A DNA stretch of 11,911 bases. Source: Gemmatimonadota bacterium. Lineage in GTDB: Bacteria; Gemmatimonadota; Gemmatimonadetes; Gemmatimonadales; GWC2-71-9. Shown here in pieces: positions 5,558 to 11,911 of this stretch. Positions within the stretch are counted from its first letter, which is position 1, and the number at the start of each line of letters is the position of its first letter. The notes below the pieces were generated by a model. That model was not told the DNA's origin and did no database searches. It saw nothing but the letters and a program-made list of their open reading frames with translations. The position numbers and the translations under genes were made by a program. The DNA lies in contig JAZDCZ010000001.1 in the NCBI GenBank assembly GCA_036679605.1, forward strand, positions 1 to 11,911, written 5' to 3'.

Positions 5558-7024
5558 ATGGACGATTTGCATGCCGCCTACGATCGGCTCTCAGAAGAGT
5601 CTCGTCGTATTGATGCCGGTTCCTTTGTGCTCGAGCTCATGGCCGCACTGGGAGCGACGACCAACCTCCCTGAGCTGGCAAGCCGGTTGTGTCGATTGCA
5701 GCAGATCGATTTTGCAACGCTACGGGCTGGATTAGGGGTGCTGGCAAGCGCGGACCTAAAGCCGTTTCCGATCCCGGATAGCAGAACGATCGAGCCCGGT
5801 GCGGCAATAGGAAGCGCGAAGGGTTTCATTTCGCGGCTTGAGTCCGAGGTTGCAAGGCTGGATGCGGAAGCGGTGGTCTGGCGGCTGGAGTTTGGCGGGG
5901 ACAACGATTTCTTCGACCTGCTGTTATGTGCCGCCCATGACGACCGAGAACTCCCCGATTTGTGCAAGAGAGCCGCCTCGAAGCTCGAGTCAGTTGATGA
6001 GAGTCAAATCGCGATCTTGTGGGCGCGCCTGGTACGGGAGTTCAGCGAGTTACGCACAACTAGATTTCCGTCCGACTCGCCGCGGTTACCGCCACGGTTT
6101 TTCGAGTACGGTAGCGCGGAGGCTGCACGGAAAAAGATCGCCGACTACATCGTCCATATCAAGCCTCAAATAGTGCACGACTTGTTGATGACTGGTGGCG
6201 GTGCCACACCGCTGGAACTCGTCGGATTGGCTCGTCTGCTCGCGTGGAGCCCGGACGAGCCAGGCGTTGAGGTGGATGAGACAGAAGTGGTTCTGGCACG
6301 ATCCATATCCCGCGTCGCCTGCTTGGCTGACAAGTTTGGGTTGGTCGGCAACGAGGATGTGGCTGCGGCCCTTAGGGTCGAGCCTAGCAGTTATTTCTTG
6401 GAGGGGCCCGAATTCGTGAAGATGGCTCAGCGTCTCCCGACACTGGAGGCGCTGAATCACCAGCTCTTCTACGAGTGTAGTACAATACTTAGGATTGCTG
6501 CGGATTTAGTTACGCGCGTATCGCCGGTGGAGCGAGCGCTCCTTCAATACAAACTCGGGCATGAGGTAGTGGCGAACGAGATTCGGCGGCTCTACGCAGG
6601 GCGCGGCGAGCTGTCGCTGCAGCGCGAGCTGTGCAGGTTCCTGATTGAGCGTGACCTTTACGCCATAGGAACGAAGTTTGGGTCATCAGAGATCGATCTC
6701 CTCGTAGAACACTATCAAGCCAGCTTTGTTATCGAGGTGAAGCTGATTCGACCTAGTGCGAACGCCACGCCGGCTTCGATCAAGCGTGCGCTGATTCAAC
6801 TTCAGAGCTATATGGATCAGACTCGGCGCGTCACACGGGGAGTCCTGTTGATAGTCAACATGGCAAGTACGACGATCATCTCACCGCGCAAGTGGCTCCA
6901 TGGGCGGTACTGGATCTTGCCGGTAAATCTGCATACAGACACACCAAGCAAAAGAAGACGTACCCTACAAATCGAGGAGGTGTCCGGTACGGATCTGATC
7001 GAAGTCGTTCAACTTAACGCTTAG
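5558..7024 (+). CDS. Protein with helical N-terminal region and C-terminal PD-(D/E)XK nuclease domain (~488 aa)
   Basis: The C-terminus ELSLQREL...EIDLLV...FVIEVK...LIQLQSYM...GVLLIVN fits the E...D...ExK...QxxxY restriction-endonuclease-like pattern. ATG 5558 was chosen for its GAGG RBS; 5531 and 5360 are alternative starts. Confidence 0.8.
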   Translation: MDDLHAAYDRLSEESRRIDAGSFVLELMAALGATTNLPELASRLCRLQQIDFATLRAGLGVLASADLKPFPIPDSRTIEPGAAIGSAKGFISRLESEVARLDAEAVVWRLEFGGDNDFFDLLLCAAHDDRELPDLCKRAASKLESVDESQIAILWARLVREFSELRTTRFPSDSPRLPPRFFEYGSAEAARKKIADYIVHIKPQIVHDLLMTGGGATPLELVGLARLLAWSPDEPGVEVDETEVVLARSISRVACLADKFGLVGNEDVAAALRVEPSSYFLEGPEFVKMAQRLPTLEALNHQLFYECSTILRIAADLVTRVSPVERALLQYKLGHEVVANEIRRLYAGRGELSLQRELCRFLIERDLYAIGTKFGSSEIDLLVEHYQASFVIEVKLIRPSANATPASIKRALIQLQSYMDQTRRVTRGVLLIVNMASTTIISPRKWLHGRYWILPVNLHTDTPSKRRRTLQIEEVSGTDLIEVVQLNA

Positions 7025-7253
7025 TCCTATGGGTGCGCTTGCCGAGGTGATCTTCGCGGGTGGTCTGCGGCGAGTTTCTGAACAGGCTGCCTTGGTTCTA
7101 GGTTGCAGCTGACATCGAGAGTTATGTCCTGTCCGGGGCAGTACGCAGTTTGACGTCGAAGCTCAGGTGACATTGCGCTGGCAGACATCATCCGGTCGAT
7201 CCTGTATTCTGTTGCGCCGCGAGCTGGTTATCGAATCCGAGCACAGGCTACAG

Positions 7254-8879
7254 ATGTACGCACTACATGAACAACTCCAGAATCCGTTGACGCGGGAACG
7301 CGATGCCAGCGATCGAGCACGCATCACTGCAGCTTTCCCTGCTCTCCAGTCCTGCTCCCACCCGCACTTCCTCGCCCTCCGCCGCTATCTGGACAGCCGG
7401 CCGGAGAGGTTCTTTGACGAAACGGTCTACGGCACTTATCTGAACTGGCTCCAGGAACGTGATGAAACCGACGGCAAAGCATTGAAGGCCTATCTTTCCG
7501 GATGTCGCGCCGAAATTAACCGTGCGCTGCTATTCTTACGGGAAATCAATTCTGAGGAGTGGCACGACAGGCCGCTGAGGACCGGAGACGAGTACGACTT
7601 GGTCCGGTTCATTGACAAGCATGTTCACCCGACCTACCTGCGCATGATTGAAGCTGTCCTAGTCTCTCTGACTCGGCCTCTCGCCTACTTCTCTCGGCTA
7701 GACCGCGGCAAGCATACAGACGGGCTTGCCGTCTCGTCTGTAATGCAAGAACTGGAGGGACAGCCAGCGGAATGTCTAATACTGTCCTACCGACGCATTG
7801 TCCGCAACGGCATCGCTCATGGGGGAATTACATTTCTCCAGAGTGAAATACGGTATCGGGACAAGAAGGGGAATGAAGAGACGTTAGGCACGGCATTCAT
7901 CGTTCGCCTGTGCGATGACCTTTTGGACACGTGTAATGGACTGGCCGCGGCACTCAAGGTGTTCTACTCGGTTTCACGCGATCGAGGCTACATTCCTCCA
8001 CGGGAGCTGCTCGTGGAGGAGCTGCAAGAGGAGACCTTGACGCCATGGTGGGGAATCGAGGGCTGTGTGGAGTCAGAGATTGCTGGCAAGCCTCAGCTGA
8101 TTGTCTACGCGAGACCTGACTCGCGGGACTACGCGAAAGTGCAGTGGTCGACTATTCAGTCCGGGATCCTGGCAGAGTTCTTTGCGCCCGGGTACGACCG
8201 CTATTGCTTCTCGCTCCGCCCGAGGAAGGCTTGGCCGGGGTGGGCAGCTTTCGACGGCAAAAAAATACGAAAGCTACGTGAAGCCGGGGCCGATGATCTT
8301 TCGTCTTACAAGGGGATCGTCGAGAATGATCTCATTTTCTACGTTGCTAGGCCGACGATGCCTGCGCTCTTCGGCAAGCTTGACACTTTTGCAAAGGGCT
8401 TTCGCATCCACATACCCATCGCTATGCGGCAGTTTCGGGAGAGCTTAGGGATTCCCAGCATCGTTTGCAGAAACGCCGCTGTCCATCGCAATTCCTGGGG
8501 TGCAGTGCTAGATGCTGACGTTGTAATAGAAGGGCTAGAAGATGAGACGGCGGTCGATATCGTTCGTAAGCACCGACGTCGTATCGTTCGGTTGGCTATA
8601 AGGCACGCACGCAAGTTGTCGTGGCAGAGCGCGGCGGCCTTTCTGCCTCTCGGCTACGCTCATGTCGCCGTGTTCAGACAAGACTATCGCCGTCGGCGTC
8701 TCTCGGGATTTGGCCTGGGCAGTGACTTGGTGTGCACTGTTCGACATCAAAGGATAGCCAGGATCGAGTCGCCAGACATAATGGACTCGACCGTCGAGAC
8801 TATGGGAAGGTGGCGCCTAGCTTGGAACAAGGCGTGGCTAGAAACTAGTGGTCAACAGTCGGGCAATGGGTCACTTTGA
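7254..8879 (+). CDS. Hypothetical protein (~541 aa) with a HEPN-like RxxxxH motif
   Basis: Long ORF with RIVRNGIAHG (RNGIAH at 7803-7820) after a helical region. ATG 7254 is preferred over GTG 7167 because the extension looks non-coding. Confidence 0.75.
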   Translation: MYALHEQLQNPLTRERDASDRARITAAFPALQSCSHPHFLALRRYLDSRPERFFDETVYGTYLNWLQERDETDGKALKAYLSGCRAEINRALLFLREINSEEWHDRPLRTGDEYDLVRFIDKHVHPTYLRMIEAVLVSLTRPLAYFSRLDRGKHTDGLAVSSVMQELEGQPAECLILSYRRIVRNGIAHGGITFLQSEIRYRDKKGNEETLGTAFIVRLCDDLLDTCNGLAAALKVFYSVSRDRGYIPPRELLVEELQEETLTPWWGIEGCVESEIAGKPQLIVYARPDSRDYAKVQWSTIQSGILAEFFAPGYDRYCFSLRPRKAWPGWAAFDGKKIRKLREAGADDLSSYKGIVENDLIFYVARPTMPALFGKLDTFAKGFRIHIPIAMRQFRESLGIPSIVCRNAAVHRNSWGAVLDADVVIEGLEDETAVDIVRKHRRRIVRLAIRHARKLSWQSAAAFLPLGYAHVAVFRQDYRRRRLSGFGLGSDLVCTVRHQRIARIESPDIMDSTVETMGRWRLAWNKAWLETSGQQSGNGSL

Positions 8880-9183
8880 ACGCTTCGTTTCGCATTAGTA
8901 CCCTGGTTCCGTGACCTCCGCTCTAGCCGTTAGTACAAATGCCCCAGTCTTCGCCAGAGATGGTCGGGAAACGCTTTGCGAAACGCAGATTACTTTCGGT
9001 TCGGCCGCGAGCACTAAGAGCCCACTGAAATGCCAACTTTCTGCTCTCTATTACGTAGCCAAGAGCACTGCCTCTGTGCCAAAGCCATGCCGACGCGGCT
9101 TGGCGAAACGGCGAAACTTGAGTAACGCCGTGGTATAGGCGCGGGCGGTATGATAGCGACGCTACGGCGCAGTCTCCCTCCGG

Positions 9184-11535
9184 GTGCCACAAGTGGAAAT
9201 CCTCCAACGATGCTCTTCTGAGTTCAAGTTCTCGCCTCGGTTATCGATGCTATTGGTCGTTGCCGGCCTGAATAGCTTTGCCGTCGCGACGGTTGCGTCG
9301 AGCGACGACGGGATGCAGTCACTGCTGGATCCAGGGCAGGCCACCACGACGTATGTCGGATCCAAAGCCTGCGGGCAATGTCACCCACGCGAGTTTACGC
9401 GATGGCAAGACTCAGCCCATGCCTGGGCGATGCGTCGGTCACGGCCGGATGAATCGGTGGCCGATTTCGATGATGCGAGCGTGTCGTTCGGCAACGCGGG
9501 CTTGGCGGCTATGCAAAGCGATGGTCAGCAGCTTACGGCACGCATAATCGAGCCGGGTTCCCAACCAAAACAGGTCGTGATGCGATACTTTTTCGGCCAC
9601 GAGCAGATCGAGCAGCACGTTGTGCAGACCGAGCGTGGGCGCTATCAAGCCTTGCCGTTCGGATTTGATACCAAGCGGCGCGATTGGTTCGATATTTTCA
9701 AAGATGATCCACGCCGTCCGGGAGACTGGGGCCACTGGACCGGGCGCGGGATGACGGCTAACTCCGAGTGCATCTTCTGCCACAGCACCGGGTACAAAAG
9801 GAACTACGACCTGCAGACCGACAGCTACCGCAGTAGCTGGGCTGAAATGGCGGTGGGCTGCGAGGCCTGTCATGGCCCAGGCGCAAGTCACGCGGGCGCC
9901 AAGGGCAGTGATCGGGCCAAGGGCTACGGCAACCTCGACGCTGACTCGATGTTCGATACCTGCGCATCGTGCCATTCGTTGCGACGAGTGATTGCTGACG
10001 GTTTTTCACCCGGAGAAAAATTCTTGGATTACTTCGAGCCGGTTCTTTTGGATGAGGATAACTACCAGCCCAACGGCGCTGTGCGCGGCGAGGCCTACGA
10101 GTGGACATCATTTAAGCAAAGCCGCATGTATCGTAAGCAAAGCCGCATGTATCGCGAAGACGTCCGGTGTCCGGCCTGCCATGAGATTCACGGCGGGAGG
10201 CTCAAGAAACAAGGCAACGCTTTGTGTCTCGACTGCCACGATGCCTCGTTGAACACGCCGTCGCATAGTCATCACACTGCCGCGGGCAAGGGCTCGCAAT
10301 GCGTGGCCTGTCACATGCCCGAGCGCGTGTTTATGCAGCGTGATGCCCGGCGAGACCACTCGTTTTCGGTTCCCGACCCTAAGCTCTCGCAAACCCTCAG
10401 CGTCACAAACGCCTGTAACGATTGCCACCGCGACCAAACCCCAGAGTGGGCCTCGAAGGCGCTGAAGGCCTGGTTTGTCCCGGGTCGCGACCGCAAGCTC
10501 GAGCGAGAAACTGCGACGGAGATTGCAGCCGCCAGAACAGGCCGGCCCGGCGCCGAACGGGTGCTGATCAAATGCCTCGATACCTGTAAGGATTCGGTAA
10601 GGAGGGCCAGCGCCGCGCGGCTTCTTGGCCGCTACCTAGGTGAGCCGGCGGTTCGTCGGGCACTAGTGGCAATTGGCGATGACGGTGATGATCTTGTCAG
10701 AAATGCAGCTGTCTTTGCCCTTGGCCAGGGCGATACTGTTTATAAAGACGTGCAGGCAGCCCTGCTTGCCGCCACCACCGACCCTGTGCGTTCCGTTCGG
10801 GTAAACGCGGCTTGGGGACTTCGCACGGTCAGTTTGGACGACCTCGCTGCCGCGAGCAGGGCGAAGTCGCTCGGCGGGCTGCGTGATGCACTGGCCGAAT
10901 GGGAGACCTCACAGATGGTCGAGGCCGAAGACCCTGAATCTCACCACGCGCTCGGGCTGTTCTATGCAGCCCAGCACCGCCCCGATGATGCCATATCGGC
11001 TTACCGCCAAGCCCTCACGCTTTCCCCGTCCACGATCCCGCCGCGCTACAACCTGTCGGTGCTATTGATCGACCAAGGGCGCGAGGCCGAGGCTGAGAAG
11101 CAAATCGACGAGTTGTTGCGTTACCACCCCGAATACCCCGCAGCCTTGTACGCCCTTGGCGTACTTCGAGTCTCACGCGGTGCTACGCGCGAGGCGGTCA
11201 CTGCCTTTGCCCATTGCCTCAAGGTGGATCGGGCCTATCCTGGTGCCTTACACGATCTGGCCCATGCCTACGTGACGCTTGATCAGGGAGGTCTTGCCAA
11301 CTACGTGCTGGGGGCGGCTTTGAAATTTCCCGATTCAAAGCGCGAAGCGATGATCACACTGGTGACAGTGAACCTGGCTCTTGGTAAGCGAAAAGTCGCA
11401 GCCGGTTGGGCCAAGATCGCCGCGGGCGAGTTCCCCGAGCTCGCGGGCGACGCCACCGTGCAAAGCCTTCTGGAAGGCCAGAAGACCAGCCGAGAAACCA
11501 AGGCCACCAAGGATCCTCGAGTGAAGAAGAAGTGA
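9184..11535 (+). CDS. Exported multiheme (octaheme) cytochrome c with C-terminal HEAT- and TPR-like repeats
   Basis: Eight CxxCH motifs (CGQCH, CIFCH, CEACH, CASCH, CPACH, CLDCH, CVACH, CNDCH) and a hydrophobic N-terminal signal. HEAT-like VRRASAARLLG, VRNAAVFALG and VRVNAAWGL; TPR-like HHALGLFYAAQHRPDDAISAYRQALTLSP. The start is uncertain (9184 GTG or later). Confidence 0.92.
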   Translation: MPQVEILQRCSSEFKFSPRLSMLLVVAGLNSFAVATVASSDDGMQSLLDPGQATTTYVGSKACGQCHPREFTRWQDSAHAWAMRRSRPDESVADFDDASVSFGNAGLAAMQSDGQQLTARIIEPGSQPKQVVMRYFFGHEQIEQHVVQTERGRYQALPFGFDTKRRDWFDIFKDDPRRPGDWGHWTGRGMTANSECIFCHSTGYKRNYDLQTDSYRSSWAEMAVGCEACHGPGASHAGAKGSDRAKGYGNLDADSMFDTCASCHSLRRVIADGFSPGEKFLDYFEPVLLDEDNYQPNGAVRGEAYEWTSFKQSRMYRKQSRMYREDVRCPACHEIHGGRLKKQGNALCLDCHDASLNTPSHSHHTAAGKGSQCVACHMPERVFMQRDARRDHSFSVPDPKLSQTLSVTNACNDCHRDQTPEWASKALKAWFVPGRDRKLERETATEIAAARTGRPGAERVLIKCLDTCKDSVRRASAARLLGRYLGEPAVRRALVAIGDDGDDLVRNAAVFALGQGDTVYKDVQAALLAATTDPVRSVRVNAAWGLRTVSLDDLAAASRAKSLGGLRDALAEWETSQMVEAEDPESHHALGLFYAAQHRPDDAISAYRQALTLSPSTIPPRYNLSVLLIDQGREAEAEKQIDELLRYHPEYPAALYALGVLRVSRGATREAVTAFAHCLKVDRAYPGALHDLAHAYVTLDQGGLANYVLGAALKFPDSKREAMITLVTVNLALGKRKVAAGWAKIAAGEFPELAGDATVQSLLEGQKTSRETKATKDPRVKKK
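10113..10154 (+). repeat. Perfect 21-bp tandem duplication, in frame (KQSRMYR x2)
   Basis: TAAGCAAAGCCGCATGTATCG occurs at 10113-10133 and 10134-10154. Confidence 0.97.
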
Positions 11536-11542
11536 GATAAGG

Positions 11543-11911
11543 ATGTACGCGCGTCGATTTAACCTCTTGGGGGTAACACTTACCTCGTGGGACCTGGCGT
11601 TTCTCGTGGGCGTCGTCTTGGGCTACCTGGTGCTCAAAGCTGCGTTTCGTATCGACCGCACCTCAGACCAGCCGCGCCTGCTCGTGGTTCGCTACGCGTT
11701 CACCGTGTATCTGGCCGTACTGGCGGCGCAGTTGTTCGCTTACGGTTTCGATCTGAAGACCAAGTTGTTCGTACCGAGCAATCGATTCTGGGTGGAATAC
11801 TATTTTAGCCCTATCGCCGGTCCAAAGACGCTTTACGGCGCCATGTTGGCCTTGCCCGTGTTGGCTGCGGCAGTCTCGGTGCCGTGGCGAGACTTGCGCT
11901 ACCGGGACGCG
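11543..11911 (+). CDS. Lgt-like (prolipoprotein diacylglyceryl transferase family) membrane protein, runs off the window end
   Basis: Open from ATG 11543 to the end: MYARRFNLLGVTLTSWDLAFLVGVVLGYLVL...YLAVLAAQLFAYGF...GPKTLYGAMLALPVLAAAV. The N-terminal pattern, TM spacing and GxxxxYG motif resemble Lgt. Starts 7 nt after the cytochrome stop. Confidence 0.55.
   Translation, partial: MYARRFNLLGVTLTSWDLAFLVGVVLGYLVLKAAFRIDRTSDQPRLLVVRYAFTVYLAVLAAQLFAYGFDLKTKLFVPSNRFWVEYYFSPIAGPKTLYGAMLALPVLAAAVSVPWRDLRYRDA

Noticed and set aside
7012..7127. Possible attC after the nuclease gene (ACTTAAC ... GCAGCTGACATCGAGAGTTATGT)
   Set aside because: The right half looks attC-like, but no complementary L'' box follows ACTTAAC, so the hairpin cannot form. 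At best it is a degenerate remnant.
8895..8935. TTAGTAC repeated twice and a GTTAGTA core-like word after the HEPN-motif gene
   Set aside because: There is no matching inverse core or attC hairpin.
8880..9183. attR copy of the tRNA-Thr 3' end marking the island's right boundary
   Set aside because: No copy of TTCGAGTCCGCCCGTC was seen here or elsewhere in the window, so the right boundary is undefined.
1127..11808. Antisense and overlapping ORFs in the track (e.g. 1127-1528, 3157-3462, 5578-5967, 9439-9975, 11587-11808)
   Set aside because: They are shadows of better-supported genes on the other strand or frame, with no recognisable motifs.

Overview
An accessory island, probably defence-related, next to a tRNA-Thr(CGT) gene in a GC-rich bacterium. 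The left end holds the 3' part of a HigA-type antitoxin gene, a transposase remnant and a tRNA-Thr with an odd 3' end. An integron-type gene cassette array follows (attI-like site at ~1161-1178, four attC sites, no intI visible in the window). Cassette 1 carries two genes: a ThsB-like TIR protein and a membrane protein with an N-terminal RyR (ryanodine-receptor repeat)-like domain. Cassette 2 is an orphan helical protein. Cassette 3 carries two genes: an unknown helical protein and a second ThsB-like TIR. Cassette 4 is a frameshifted lipoprotein. Cassette 5 is cut off by IS21-like and IS1-like debris. Next come a protein with a C-terminal PD-(D/E)XK nuclease domain and a protein with a HEPN-like RxxxxH motif, then an octaheme cytochrome c/HEAT/TPR gene with a 21-bp tandem duplication and the start of an Lgt-like gene. 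The best candidates for an undescribed system are the two TIR + non-ThsA partner cassettes. All family assignments are motif recognition by eye, not database searches.
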